64,000 bases of DNA from Eledone cirrhosa (Eukaryota), in contig OZ024746.1 of assembly GCA_964016885.1 (NCBI GenBank), forward strand, positions 27,900,001-27,964,000, written 5' to 3'. Under the pieces are notes generated by a model, which saw only the letters and a program-made list of their open reading frames with translations, did not search any database and had not been told where the DNA came from. The position numbers and the translations under genes are program-made. Below are positions 1-14,417 of this stretch, in pieces. The stretch's first letter is position 1; each line of letters begins with the position of its first letter.

Positions 1-638
1 ACACACCACCCTACTATGTGTTTACTACAGTTGTGTTACTCTCCATACGTATATTAAACTATAAACAACGCCATATTTATATGTTTACTATCTACGTTAG
101 CGTTACATTCCTCACATATGTTAAACTACACACCACCCTACTATGTGTTTACTACAGTTGTGTTACTCTCCCTACGTATATTAAACTATAAACAACGCCA
201 TATGTATATATTTACTATCTACGTTAGTGTTACACTCCTCACATATGTTAAACTACACACCACCCTACTATGTGTTTACTACAGTTGTGTTACTCTCCCT
301 ACGTATATTAAACTATAAACAACACCATATTTATATGTTTACTATCTACGTTAGTGTTACATTCCTCACATATGTTAAACTACACACCCCCCTACTATGT
401 GTTTACTACAGTTGTGTTACTCTCCATACGTATATTAAACTATAAACAACACCATATTTATATGTTTACTATCTACGTTAGTGTTACATTCCTCACATAT
501 GTTAAACTACACACCACCCTACTATGTGTTTACTACAGTTGTGGTACTCTCCCTACGTACATTAAACTATAAACAACGCCATATGTATATGTTTACTATC
601 TACGTTAGTGTTACATTCCTCACATATGTTAAACTACA
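1..638. repeat. 127-bp tandem repeat, 5 copies (continues off the left edge)
   Basis: Unit ACACACCACCCTACTATGTG...CACATATGTTAAACT recurs at 1, 128, 255, 382 and 509 with few substitutions. Confidence 0.95.
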
Positions 639-1008
639 AACAACACCAGTTCTTATGTGCCTACATAAATCTCCCAATACATATTACCACTATGAAGATG
701 ACTGTTGTGTTGGGTGTACGTATCCTCCGTCGGTTTCGACGTTCCATTTAAATGTTTCTATCTATCGAACCACCAACTAATGAATTAAATATGTAACTGT
801 CACAAATATATTACCACTATGAACATGTTGATCAGAGGCGGTAGGAACATTTCTGATTTTTTTTAGTGGAGGGGGGCAAATTTTGGTCAATTTAGCTGTA
901 GTGACTAGTTTAGCTCTTTGCACTCTAAAATGGGAAGAACATTTCGGTATGCGATAAACATAACATGTATATAGATTGTAGTGCATATCCAAATAGCTCC
1001 ACCGCTCC

Positions 1009-1079
<71 letters not shown>

Positions 1080-1679
1080 GAATTTTAAAATATAATGCTC
1101 TGTACCCCTCCCTAATGGGTTAATATATCGAGCTTCTTCGCATTTGGTAATAACGCGTATTATACCCAATTTATTAATCTCCTATATATTTATATATATA
1201 TTCATTTATTATGGCAATTAGTGAGGTGTGTTACTATTCATTACCACAAAACTCACCCCCTCTCTACATCAACCATACTGCACTCTTTCCCAACCCCCCT
1301 CTCTATGTCAATTAACATCAAACTCTCCCCCTCTTCCATCTATATCTATGTAACATGTACATGAATTGTAGCGCATGTACAAATAAATGTTTTGGTAATT
1401 TGGGTAGGAAAATTTAATTATTGTAGGGATCCATGCAATTACTGGTACGGTCAATCTGACTAGCTTCCACACCTTTTCCGTGTCATCAATTTCCCTCTGA
1501 AGACATGAGTTATCGCGGGCCTATATTGAATAACACCAAGATATCACGAAGCTGAAACGAACCCAGTACATTATGTTTCGGAACCAAATTTTTAACCACT
1601 CCACCGTGCCTAAGTCTTATTTCTAATAGTTACTACGTAGGAATTTATGGTACATATACTAAAACGTATAGATTCTCAA

Positions 1680-1812
1680 AAATTGTCAGAGTCGTTAGAA
1701 CGTCGTATAACATACTTTATGTTATTTAAATTTAAATCCCACCGAGGTCAACTTTGCCTTTCATCCTGTCGAGGTCGATAAAAAAAGTACCAGTCTAGTA
1801 CTGGGGTCGATT
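1680..1812 (+). mobile_element. Diverged copy of the main tRNA-derived SINE family
   Basis: Contains CCGAGGTCAACTTTGCCTTTCATCC...GTCGATAAAA...GTACCAG, the central block shared with the young copies. Confidence 0.75.
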
Positions 1813-2625
1813 CTTCCTCTAGATCTCTTTCTCATTTTCCTTTCAATCTTTCACTGGAAGGAATCTGCTGTACTCAGACTTAAAACGCCAAAGAAACGCA
1901 GTATGTCAATACGGTGCTCCTACGACTTTATCAGGAGTTTCGGGACCATACATACACTCACAAACAAACATAAATAAGTTTGGGTTTTCTTCCGCTTATT
2001 TAAGTCCTGAGTTCAAATGTCATTGAAGTCAATTTTATCTTTTATCATCCCGTGATCGATCAATTATAGTGCCAGGCACGTACTGCAGTCTATCTAAGTG
2101 ACCTTCACCACCACACCACTCAGATTGATGGTCTTGTCCCTACATTAGAAATCATTGTTATATAAAATTCTTTTTTGTCTTGTTTTTATTTTTCTAAATA
2201 TATTAGTGATAATATTTTCCTAGAAATATTCTTTTTAATTAAAATTCTACATTAAAGCAATTCAATGTTTAATGTTCTTGCTCAATGAATTGTTTCTAAC
2301 AATATTTGCTTTGCTTATATATATTTATTTCCCTAATTGTTGTTTAGCTATTCGCTTTCGTTTATTATGTTGATATTTTCTTGTTTGTTATGTAATTTGA
2401 ATCTTGTGTGTTTCAATGTTAATTGCTGATGGATTGGTTTCTGTTTAGCTCAGAAACTTCATTTACAGCAGCATTAATTGTAATGGGTTTTAATCTATCA
2501 TGGATATGCATGTGATATATATATACACTATGTTATATAAAATATATGGCAAACTGGCATATACCTTCCTATCTACTCGAAGTCTACCGAAGCAACTGAT
2601 ATATTTACATGAATGCAGAGTTGTC

Positions 2626-2678
<53 letters not shown>

Positions 2679-2684
<6 letters not shown>

Positions 2685-3257
2685 ATACTTTGGGAGGGTC
2701 ATGTTGCCAATAAGAAACACACGCACCAGTTGCTTTCACTTCAATTTATTATAATAAATTTATAAATTTAGGAATTTATAAATTTCCGGTTGGTTGGTTG
2801 GTTCCACAACCAGATGGTTGTTTATATATTGTCAAAGTTCTTGCGTCACACATTCTGTGACCTCTTCATTGAGTGGGGATTCTTTTCTTTGTTTTTGTGC
2901 CTCTCCTTTGTTCTGTCCTACGCCAATTTGTTTCTGACACACACAGAAACAAGATGGCGTAGAACAGAACAAAGGAGAGGCACAAAAACAAAGAAAAGAA
3001 TCCCCACTCAATGAAGAGGTCACAGAATGTGTGACGAAAGAACTTTGACAATATATAAACAACCATCTGGTTGTGGAACCAACCAACCAACTGGAAATTT
3101 ATAAATTCCTAAATTTATAAATTTATTATAATAAATTGAAGTGAAAGCAACTGGTGCGTGTGTTTCTTATTGGCAACATGACCCTCCCAAAGTATAACAA
3201 TATCGGTTTCAACACACGTTTTCAGATAAAGAATCTTGCTAAACAAATTCAGAAACG
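2679..3257 (+). mobile_element. Family A foldback Penelope-like 3' end (pLTR) in (TA)n, copy 1
   Basis: About 258-bp inverted arms (2679-2936 / 2944-3203), unduplicated tail 3204-3257, (TA)n on both sides; hammerhead-like core at 3007-3049 (C3 mutated, ATGAAGA); homologous to 36669-37220 and 61533-63095. Confidence 0.8.
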
Positions 3258-3744
3258 ATATATATATATAATAGTCTTCTAACCGAGACTATGTAAAGGG
3301 ACATATTAATTCATACATTGAGTACAAGTTGTATATATCATGTACACAATATACACAACTTCTGAAAATCGATTCAAGATATTGATAATTAGTTTTCAGT
3401 TTACAGGCAAATATGTAAAACTTGGCTTGGTATAAATTTATATATACTTGTACGCAGTCACGATTACCTTTGTACTGTATATACACAGATATAACTATAT
3501 AAGCTCTCTATGTTAGTGTAGATATATTCATGCGTGTATTTGTGTATTTGTGTATTTGTGTATAATACGTATTTGGAAAAACATATTTTTCACAGAATTC
3601 GATGAATTTCTTTCATTGAGATTTTCTGAAGAAACGCTAAAATTTTGTAATTTCTTGAAAAGTTATTCATATTTATTAGTTATTTCTACATGTATCTACT
3701 CTCAGTAATGTTTTATATCTTCTATAATTCATCTGTATTATGAT

Positions 3745-4065
<321 letters not shown>

Positions 4066-5011
4066 TATATAAATGTGTGTGTGTGTGTGTGTGTGTGTGT
4101 TTAAATAAATTTATTTCATATTATCACTTTCCTTATATATTCCACGTGTATTTTCTGTTAAATTTTCAGGTAATTATTATATGTACACATAATTAGCTTC
4201 AACTTCTACCGTCTCTTCTGTTTAATCGAATTAATTGAATAACTAAAAACAATGAAATGAACGATAGTCGAGGAAAAAAATTAAAATAAAAACTAATTAT
4301 TTTTCTGAGACATTTACTTAGAATTTAGTTATAAAATGATGAGGAGAAAAACAAACATATGATTTGTAATTAGCACAGGTGTTCAAGTACTATATTGAGA
4401 GACACAAATTAATAATTAACAGGTGTGATCATGGTTGTGAGGTTAAGATGTTCAGAGTGTAATTATGTGGGTTCACTTTCGATATACAATGAGACATCCT
4501 TAGACATCCTTAGCTGAAATGTTTCCCATAAAAAACTAATGTAGTGTTTAACAGATGTGATGGTGTTAATATAAAATCACCCACACTACCATGTAAAATG
4601 GTAGTGTGGGTGCCACGATAAAAATGTAGCCTTGTAATGTTGTTAGCGTTAAAAAAAGGCCGCAGCCAACGAAACCATGTCAGATATGGAAGGTAACAAC
4701 AAGATCTGTCTCTCTGAGTTTGTGGTGGTGGTGGTGTTGGTGGTGCTCGTGGTGATGGTGATGAGGATGATGATGATGATGATGATGATAATAATAATAG
4801 GGGTGGGGATGATCTATATATATATATAAGGAAATAGATGAAATCGAAAATGTAGCTGGAGTCTTTTTAAGAATATTTATTTGTTTCCTTTACCGGTTTC
4901 ACAGTTCTTATGCTTTTCAAAAGTAGAATTGAGATGGAAGGTTTGTGGTTTTTCTCGCATATATATATATATCTGTGTGTGTGTGCGTGTGTATATACAC
5001 AACATATGAAG

Positions 5012-5166
5012 GGGGTGAATTGGCAAAATCGTTAGAACGTCGTATAGAATGTTATGCGGTATTTGTTTCGGCTCGCTGCTCCGAGTTCAAATCCCGCCGA
5101 CGTCAGCTTTACCTTTCATCAATTAAAGGTAGATAAAAAGTATCAGTCCAGTACTGGGGTCGATTC
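5012..5166 (+). mobile_element. Diverged main-family SINE
   Basis: GGTGAATTGGCA...GAGTTCAAATCCCGCCGA...CCTTTCATC...AGTACTGGGGTCGAT. Confidence 0.7.
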
Positions 5167-5941
5167 TTCCTCTTATATCTCTTTCTCACTTCCATTTTCT
5201 CACTCCCTATTCTTCTCTGGAAGAAATCTGTTACATTCAGACATGGAGAGAGATGCCATATGTTTGATTCCTGGTGGCGTGTTGTGGCCTTGAGTACGAT
5301 ACTTTATTTCACGATGCTCTTGTCCACTCAGCTGGAAATGAGTTGCACCTGTAATTCAAATGATCATCCCAGTCACACACACTATGTTATTGAATCTCCC
5401 TGAGTAGTCGCTTTTTATCACGATGGCACACCAACAATGCAACAGTCTACAGACGGAAACTATTAAAAGAATAATAGAAGAACTATTGGCAATATTTACA
5501 CTTAATTATTGGAAATTCACAGAATTAGGAAACACATCACGAAATTTTCAGCTTTTGTTCATTTCGTTTGTTTTATAAATTTATTTTTTTATCAGTTTAT
5601 CATCATATTTTCTTTCGCATTTCAAGCGTCCATCTTTCCCTTCCGTGTGTTTACAAACACTTTATATTTTATTTCATTAATATTGACAAGTTTTAAATTT
5701 GTAAATAGAATATGCAAAAATCATATAATCGAGTTTAGGCGACTTCTTAAAACTGGTTTACACATTCTGAGCTAAAAATAAAATAAAATTTCAAAAGAAG
5801 AAAAAAACAAATAACCAAAATAATTGTATAGCATTAGAGGATTTTTTTTTTGCTTTTATTATTACTAAAACTTTTTATTAATATCATCAACATCATCATC
5901 AGTATCATAATCATTATTATCATAATCATTATTATTATTAA

Positions 5942-5999
<58 letters not shown>

Positions 6000-6929
6000 G
6001 TTGTTGTTATTGTTAATGAAAGTGTTCGGCAAATGTCAGTACTCGTGTTAATATGTCAATATGTTTCAATATTATTATACATTATGTATTTAAAATAGTT
6101 CTTCTAACGCCGCAGCAAGTGTCTCGCCTCGAAATTATATATTGTTTATTATCAATATATTTAAGAGAATCTACATACATACATAAACTTTACACACATA
6201 TATATCCAAATACAAATACATTCGTATATATATATATATATATATAAATAAGTGTGTAACACATACATATATGGGGAGGTATATCGAATGCGAGTATGTG
6301 TTTAAGTGCATGCATGAACATACACATACATACAGCTATATATATATATAGGTAGATATATTCTCATACATATATATCAATTTGTTAATCAAATATTGCC
6401 TGGAGTGGTTTGTTTCCCTACCTTTGTATTGGTGGCAAATTAAATCATCTAAACACTTCGTTTTGTGAATCATCACCTTCTGACGTTAAAAGAAAATAAC
6501 CTGATTGTAAATAAGGAATGCAAGGGCTTGGCAAAATTTGTAGAGTCAAAAACAAAATATTTTCTTCTGTGTAGTTACATTCACTGATATTTCAAATTCA
6601 AATCGTGTATGGGTCAGCTTTGCTTATTCTACTCTGGAGTTGAACAAAGTTGTCCCAGTCTGGTATGAGAAAGATTTAATAACAGATTTAATAGAACATT
6701 TTAACAAATTGGTACATGAACAATGCTCAGATTAGAGGCGGAAATGATGAGATGGAAATCAGAGATGTCATGTATTAAGATCAAAAGAATCCATTCTATG
6801 CTCCCTCATAATTCATTGTTTTGTATCTATATGAGGAAGGAGCGATAGTTGAAATGCACTGCTATCGATAATCATGCAAATGTAAGTCCAGAGTTCAAGT
6901 TTCATACTGAGAATCGTTATAATGAGCTA

Positions 6930-7027
6930 CCGAGGTTGACTTTGCCTTTCATCCTTACGGGGTCGATAAAATAAAGTACCAGTAATGCACTGGGTAATTG
7001 CTGGCCTTGTGCCTAAAGTAGAAACAC
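6930..7027 (+). mobile_element. 5'-truncated main-family SINE with 13-bp TSD
   Basis: TSD TTATAATGAGCTA at 6917-6929 and 7028-7040; body is nearly identical to the 3' half of full copies. Confidence 0.9.
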
Positions 7028-8086
7028 TTATAATGAGCTATGCACTTTCATGAAATGACATTCAATGACGTATATTTGAGGTTAGCATCCATTTGTGAAT
7101 ATTTGTTTCTATTTGCCTACAGAAACAACGCCGTGTGTTCTGTGTTCGATATTCACCGATGCTGATTTAACTGTTCACTCGTCTATGGTCGAGGAAACAA
7201 AGTATCGGTCAAGCGGGACGATAATTTCCTCCACCTGTGATTGAACATAGAGACAAGGAAACAGAACAAATGCTGCAAAACATTTTCTCCGACCTTCGAA
7301 CGATTCTACTTGTCAACCCTCTTTAACTCACATTAATGAAAAATAAACATTTTCTCTCGTATCAAATCTACCAGGACGTTGTCGCATAGAGAAACGCACA
7401 TTCGCATACACACTTACACACACATAAACACAGACGCACACATGTGCGCATCCACACAGTGGGACACTAATATGAACTCACACACACACACACACACACA
7501 GAAATACGCACACGCGCACAGCTAACCAAACCATACACTAAAAATATACTTAGGTCCCTTTTTTAACGATCTTTTCTCATATAAACAACACACACATCGC
7601 CACACATTACACACACACACACGCACACATAAACACACATTCGCACAAATTTACACACACATACAAAATCCCACATTGATAACGACATTTGTTTATGTAG
7701 CCATCTTTGTGGCAATCAGTTTCTCTTGAAATACACACACATGCAGTAGGTAATAAGAAATAACCAGAGCCTCAATAAAAAGTTTGCTAGAAGCAGTTAT
7801 ATTATTTAAATTGCTTTTTTTATAGCTATAACCTTCTGCCCTAGATAGACGTACAAAATAACCAATTTCACTTGTAATCCTTCAGAAAGATTCATTCACT
7901 AAAAACAAGATATAATCTTCATTTATATCAATTCCTCTGTGGTTTTTCCTCCTTTATTGTATTAAAAGAGTTTTGTAGACAATTTCAAAAGACATACTTA
8001 GTCCCAAACACACACACACTCACACACACACACACATAGATATATATATATATAGTTATACATATAGAGATACATATATATGTGTG

Positions 8087-8159
<73 letters not shown>

Positions 8160-8590
8160 ACACTAAAAGGAAACCTATATTTCTAAAATAGGTTTATTTA
8201 CTTTCTCATCTGTATTTTTTTAGTTTACTGTATTTTATATTTTGTTTTATTTTGTTAATCCGACAATATATAAGAATGTAATTACAATACACTCACAAAC
8301 ACACACATTATGTGTATGTATGTATGTATGTATGTATGTATGTATGTATGTATGTATGTATGTATGTATTATGTATGTATGTATGTATGTATGCATGTAT
8401 GTATATATATATACAAGAGATCGGTTACGTATATACGATACTTGTTTACATTTAAAAGCTGTGATTCAGCCACCTAGTTTAATACGGTAGGGTGAGTCAC
8501 GGTACCTTGGGTTAATTCTTCAAATCACCTAGCAGGTATCTGGCAGAGACGAGATTTGATTCCTCATAGTGGGGTTTTAAATCTAATAAT

Positions 8591-8775
8591 TGTTTCTACT
8601 TTAGGCACAAGGCCAGCAATTACCCAGTGCATTACTGGTACTTTATTTTATCGACCCCGTAAGGATGAAAGGCAAAGTCAACCTCGGCGGGATTTGAACT
8701 CAGATCATAAAGGGACGTAACTATGCTGGAAAGCATGGCGTCCGACCCTCCACCGATACTGCCAATCCACCGTCC
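8591..8775 (-). mobile_element. Full-length tRNA-derived SINE (main family) with 14-bp TSD
   Basis: A-box-like TGGCAGTATCGG, B-box GAGTTCAAATCC, TSD TTAAATCTAATAAT at 8577-8590 and 8776-8789; the central block resembles the Meta-type SINE domain (from memory, unverified). Confidence 0.9.
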
Positions 8776-9185
8776 TTAAATCTAATAATGATTATGAAAC
8801 ATACATTTTGCGAGTGTTCCAGCCTGTTCATAAAAGTAATGTGCAAGTGGTTGACAATTCCACAAGCACGTGTGTCATTAACATAGTTCCCAAAAGGATT
8901 CAAAATATGACAAGGCTCGCAGTTGCTGTTTGAACCAGAAGTGGAACGTATATTTACCAGATGAATGGACAGGAGCAACATCAAACAAATTGCCTTGCTC
9001 AAGGATACAATGCACTGTTGGGAATGGAAGAAAGGACTTTTAAGATTGTCAGCCGCACACCCTAACCAAAAGGCCACACGTCTCTACAAAACACAGTAGT
9101 GTATATGGGAACAAATTTCTGCATACTGATATATACATAGATGTTGTACAACGTTCTGTGTAATGTCACATACATACACTAACAA

Positions 9186-9279
<94 letters not shown>

Positions 9280-9284
<5 letters not shown>

Positions 9285-9458
9285 AACAAGTAAGACCCCG
9301 ATGGCTGAGCTCAAGCCGTTTCACAGAATTAGCCGTCGAAACGGCTTGAGCTCAGCCGTCGGGGTCTTACTTGTTCCTATTACCCACTCTACTACCCTAA
9401 ATATTGAGTACTTTGGTGCGTTATGGTCCACCTGGTTCCTTACCACATTTCCTTCGTT
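9280..9458 (+). mobile_element. Family B foldback element with the 3' half of a hammerhead
   Basis: Arms 9280-9322 / 9338-9380, tail to 9458, (TA)n flanks; GAAA-CGGC-loop-GCCG-TC gives stem III and a GUC site at 9358-9360; homologous to 39421-39614 and 13061-13109. Confidence 0.75.
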
Positions 9459-9634
9459 ATATATATATATATATATATATATTCATATACAAATATATAT
9501 ACAAATATATATACATATATATGATTCCAGTTCCTCGGAGGAATAACAACACACCCAGCTGGACATATCGATGTATTGACGGAGTAAAGCACACTTCAAC
9601 AACATCTGTACCTGTCTTTTCCACTCCAATTCGG

Positions 9635-9689
9635 ACTGCCTGAAGAGGTCACAGCCAATGATGGCTGTCACCGAAATATATATACGAGT
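9635..9689 (+). ncRNA. Type I hammerhead ribozyme (stem I degraded) in a (TA)n-flanked element at about 9525-9865
   Basis: CTGAAGA (9640) - stem II GGTCACAGCC/GGCTGTCACC - GAAA (9673) - palindromic TATATATA stem III; AATAAA about 15 nt downstream. Confidence 0.65.
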
Positions 9690-9928
9690 AATTTTTAATT
9701 TATAATAAACGAAGTCAAATTTTATATATTTGACTTAATTATTTTACATTTTACTATTATTTTACTCCGGAGTAAATAAACTAACCTGCGTACTCCATCG
9801 AATGCTCTAATCTGCACACTGAGGTGTCGGTAAACAACCAACATATTCTCAAAATTTATATAAATATATATATATGATAATCAGCAGGCTACTGATGACG
9901 AACATTCTAGTTTCTCGGTCTATTTTTA

Positions 9929-9982
<54 letters not shown>

Positions 9983-10102
9983 TAGAACACTGTAGTGGTA
10001 CAGCACTCAATCCATGGGACGAGTTAGGTAGAAATGGTAACACAACAGTTAGTTCACCATACTGAGAACAATCGTTTCCCCTTAGCGGATCCTAACCTCG
10101 CA

Positions 10103-10140
10103 CGAGCTGAGGATCCGCTAAGGTGAAACAATTGTTCTCG
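10103..10140 (+). ncRNA. Minimal type I hammerhead ribozyme
   Basis: CGAG-CTGAGGA-TCCGCTAAGGT-GAAA-C-AATT-G-TT-CTCG: 4-bp stem I, 2-bp stem III with palindromic AAUU loop, GUU site. Confidence 0.8.
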
Positions 10141-10167
10141 GTATGGTGAACTAACTGTTGTGTTACC

Positions 10168-10269
<102 letters not shown>

Positions 10270-10343
10270 TATAAGTGGTAACACAACAGTTAGTTCACCA
10301 TACTGAGAACAATCGTTTCCCCTTAGCGGATCCTAACCTCGCA

Positions 10344-10381
10344 CGAGCTGAGGATCCGCTAAGGTGAAACAATTGTTCTCG
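10344..10381 (+). ncRNA. Minimal type I hammerhead ribozyme, second tandem copy
   Basis: Identical to 10103-10140. Confidence 0.8.
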
Positions 10382-10408
10382 GTATGGTGAACTAACTGTT
10401 GTGTTACC

Positions 10409-10496
<88 letters not shown>

Positions 10497-10567
10497 TATA
10501 AGTGGTAACACAACAGTTAGTTCACTATACCGAGAACTACAAGTGGAGATAGACACATACTAATTAT

Positions 10568-10692
<125 letters not shown>

Positions 10693-11510
10693 ATAATTAG
10701 TATGTGTCTATCTCCACTTGTAGTAACAACATAACAGATCAAGCGAACAGCAGTAAAACAGTATGAGGTGGGTTGGTCATATACAGTCCTGGCTCACTTC
10801 ACATCGTTATCTATCATATAAAATATATACCTGTCTATACAGGGAACAGTAAAGGTAATTAGCCGAAACCATTGCCAGCCTCTTCATTTAAAACACACAC
10901 ACCGTTACATTGTTGTTGTCAGTTCTAATTATTTGCTCTGGCCTTTAAATGAACATTCTCTCTCCCTCACACACAGTCTTCCTCTCTATTCTCCATTTGT
11001 CTTCTCTCTCTCCTCTCTCTATCTATTCCCCCTCACCCTATATTCAATATTTCCCCCTTTCCCTTTCTTTTTTTCCTTGTTCCCTCTCACACTCTCTCTC
11101 TCTTTGTCTATTCCCTCTTCTCGCTAACCCAGCTCTGTCTCCCTATTAACCTACTCACCTCTCTCTCTCCTTTCTCTTTCGGACATAGTCCTAATTAGAT
11201 ATAAATACCGTGTCTTCACCAATGCAGACATTCGTTTACAACTCTTCTCTTTATTAATCAATTAATTACACATATTTATTCTAAACATAGTTCCACTTAT
11301 TATTATTGTTTCATTTCTGTTGCACCTCATTTCCCCCCTCGTCTATCTCTCTCTTTCTCCCTGTGATATTTGAGTCTACTATGATTTGTACCTTATTCAT
11401 ATATATATATATATATATATAATGGAAAAATTTGAACAGGGACAAAACAGAGAGGCAGTACAACGAATGTTTATTAAGTTCACGCTCTGGAGAGTGGGGT
11501 GTTGGTGGGG

Positions 11511-11545
11511 GACGACATTTCAGGCATAAGCCCTTCCTCAGGTGA
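11511..11545 (-). ncRNA. Minimal PLE-type hammerhead in a (TA)n-flanked element at 11421-11612
   Basis: Minus strand reads AC-CTGAGGA-AGGGC-TTAT-GCCT-GAAA-TGTC-GT, with AATAAA about 35 nt further on. Confidence 0.6.
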
Positions 11546-11680
11546 GAAGTGTGTGGGAACAGAGTTCAAAGGGTGTGTAGGGGAGTGGTGGAGAGACATA
11601 TAGCGAAAGGAAATATATATATATATGTGTGTGTGTGTGTGTTTTGCATGTCAGTTAGATTTAGACTTACAATGATTGGC

Positions 11681-11735
<55 letters not shown>

Positions 11736-11814
11736 ATTTGTTTGTTAAAATAATCAAATTAAATTAATTCAATAGTTAAACACACATAGAAATAATAAGG
11801 TTGTTACCAAAGGG

Positions 11815-12439
11815 CCAGAAGATTGACAAGGCGACCCTAAATATTACTCATAGCTCTAGGAAAGCCATATACGACACCATATCTTTTTAACTTTGATTTT
11901 GAAAGTAGGTTTAAAATAATTAATTTTCATCATATTTTTTGTAGCTGTTTCGGTGACCTAGTTGGAGGAATCATAGACGTTAGCGATCCGGGTCTGAAGT
12001 TCGATTCTGGTCGGGAGTAGGGTTCCCGGTAAACTTTTTCAGTTTTTTTCTATGGGATGTAAAATAAAACTGAAAAAAAGACTACATGTACATCTCGACC
12101 AGGATTGAACCCTAGACCGGGATCCCCACCGGCTCTAGTACCTACTGCTAGTTCACTGAAACGACTACAAAATTCACCTGAAAATTCCTACTTATAAACC
12201 TACTTTGAAAATTTTCAAAACAAAGTGTTGTGGTGTGGTTCATGTCTTTCTTAATCTTATTTCTCCTACTTAAGGACGACTTCTAAATCATTTGGGTGTT
12301 CCATAAACTAAATCCTCGTTTTGTTTCACATCTATCTAGACTATATTTGAACTTGTAATCCTTGTTTCATTTCTGTTGCACCCAATTTCTCCCCCCACCC
12401 CCTCATTTTCTCTCATTTAATGATATTTGTATCATTGGC

Positions 12440-12502
<63 letters not shown>

Positions 12503-12725
12503 GCGGACTGGTTCTAAAAGTATTGGGTGCCAGGAGGTAAAGGGGACCCACCTACATATAGAATGATATCATTTAATTTGTATAATAAATAAATAACATT
12601 TTGAAAAAATACATTAATGAAAATAAAACAGTGCAATCTAATTGTGCGGTAAAATATCTTACCTTCTCCAATAAAAAAAATATTATGTATTTTGCGAAAT
12701 CCAGAGACTTTCAATAATGACCTTT
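11815..12725 (+). mobile_element. Family H composite repeat with a convergent pair of tRNA-like units
   Basis: Homologous in reverse orientation to 49515-50825; tRNA-like A/B-box units at about 11947-12017 (+) and 12088-12163 (-); CAGTGGCGGA-type module follows the (TA)n at 12499. Confidence 0.7.
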
Positions 12726-12877
12726 GGTCTTTGACACTCACTCAATATTTATGGGAGTACGTGTATATGTGTTCATGTACATGTGTATATATAGATTTAT
12801 ATATATGTATACATAACATGTTTTCAACTTGCACAAAAATCCCTAGGGATCTAACTGACATTGTATATATATTTATA

Positions 12878-12921
<44 letters not shown>

Positions 12922-12934
12922 TGTGTGTATGTAA

Positions 12935-13003
<69 letters not shown>

Positions 13004-13016
13004 CATATATACATAT

Positions 13017-13062
<46 letters not shown>

Positions 13063-13559
13063 CGAAGGAAATGTGGTAAGGAACCAGATGGACCATAACG
13101 CACCAAAGTTTTTTCTCCTATTCCTTTTCCCTTCCCCCTTTCTCCTTATCCTTTTCCCCCTTGTTCTTCCTCCTTACCCTCTCTTTCCTTTTCTTCCTCC
13201 TTTTTTCTCCCCTTTTTTTTCTCTCTTTCTCTCTCCTTTCCCACCTGGCCTTTTGATTAATAAAAGGCCTTGGGCGCACCCGAAATACACAGATGTCCTG
13301 TACTTCAGCGCCGAAACATCGGTTCAGGAAACATTTACAGCTGACGATGGAAACTCCTTTCTTCCCTTCTCCTCCTGTTCCGTCCCAACCACCATCCTAA
13401 ACCTTGTTTTTAGTAACCACACAGCTCCTTTCGTTTCATAACTTTTATATATCTTTAACGATCGACTTTTTTGTCAAATCGGACCGAGGGAACAATCTTT
13501 CCGTTGGTCTTTCCAATTGCTAATACTATCTATCGGTCGCAACTCCAGGTAGAAGGAGC

Positions 13560-13675
13560 AACGTGAAATAAAGTGTCTTGCTCAAGGACATAACGCATCG
13601 CCTGGTCCAGGAATCGAACTCACAACCTTACGATTGCGAATACAATTCTCTAACCACTCAGCCACCACACGCCTT
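13560..13675 (-). mobile_element. tRNA/CORE-type SINE fragment
   Basis: Minus strand: TGGCTGAGTGGTTAGAG...GAGTTCGATTCC...CCTTGAGCAAGACACTTTATTTCAC. Confidence 0.7.
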
Positions 13676-13685
13676 CACTTTTATA

Positions 13686-14417
13686 TATACACAGGTTATG
13701 TCATAGTACCTAGGTGGTTTTTAAAAAAAAAAAAAATATATATTTTCTTATTTTACGTCTTTTATATTATTGTTCTGCATCCTCCTGCATTGAACCACCT
13801 AGGTACTATGACATAACCTGTGTATTTGCTGGCATGGACGTGCATCTGTGTGCTTGTGTTAGTTGATATTTTAAATTATCTATATTTATCTCCAAATCAC
13901 TGATTTGTCGAGCAAACCTGCCAAAACCACTTCAAAATTTTTTTGGGTGTTAGTAGGCGTCAGTCATCTTACCATCCCATTCCTTCTAACTAGCCTCTGT
14001 GTCACGTGATTGATTCTTTAGAATCGGCCATTTGACTAGAAGCAGTGAGAATTTCAGTACATGGAATCCAGTCCTCGCCAGCTGTTCTATCTACCGAATT
14101 ATTATTATTTTTATATGAGCCGCCAGTGTCCGCGCATTGCCTGGAGACTTAGCTGAGAATAGACTCCCTGATGACGCAATGAATTCTCGACAGTTGGATT
14201 ACGTAACTGTCTTTATCCCATTGCAGAAACTAATTAGTTGGAGTGAAAATTTAAGTAAGTAAGTAAACAAATTTTTAAAAATTTTCTTATTTTACGTCTT
14301 TTATATTATTGTTCTGCATCCTCCTGCATTGAACCACCTAGGTACTATGACATAACCTGTGTATTTGCTGGCATGGACGTGCATCTGTGCGCTTGTGTTA
14401 GTTGATATATTAAATTA

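Noticed and set aside
833-1010. Possible hAT-type MITE (CAGAGGCGGTAGGA...CTCCACCGCTCCTG)
   Set aside because: TIRs are imperfect and no TSD is visible; similar weak cases at 43057-43472 and 49006-49706 were also left uncalled
2679-3203. Long hairpins as MITEs or miRNA precursors
   Set aside because: One-sided tails, fold points that vary between copies and embedded hammerheads argue against TIR elements; hairpin-derived small RNAs are possible but not evidenced
13255-13360. CTGACGA..GAAA and other GAAA motifs as a hammerhead
   Set aside because: No room for stem II and no consistent stems I/III; lone CTGANGA at 1497, 9892 and 63948(-) also lack partners
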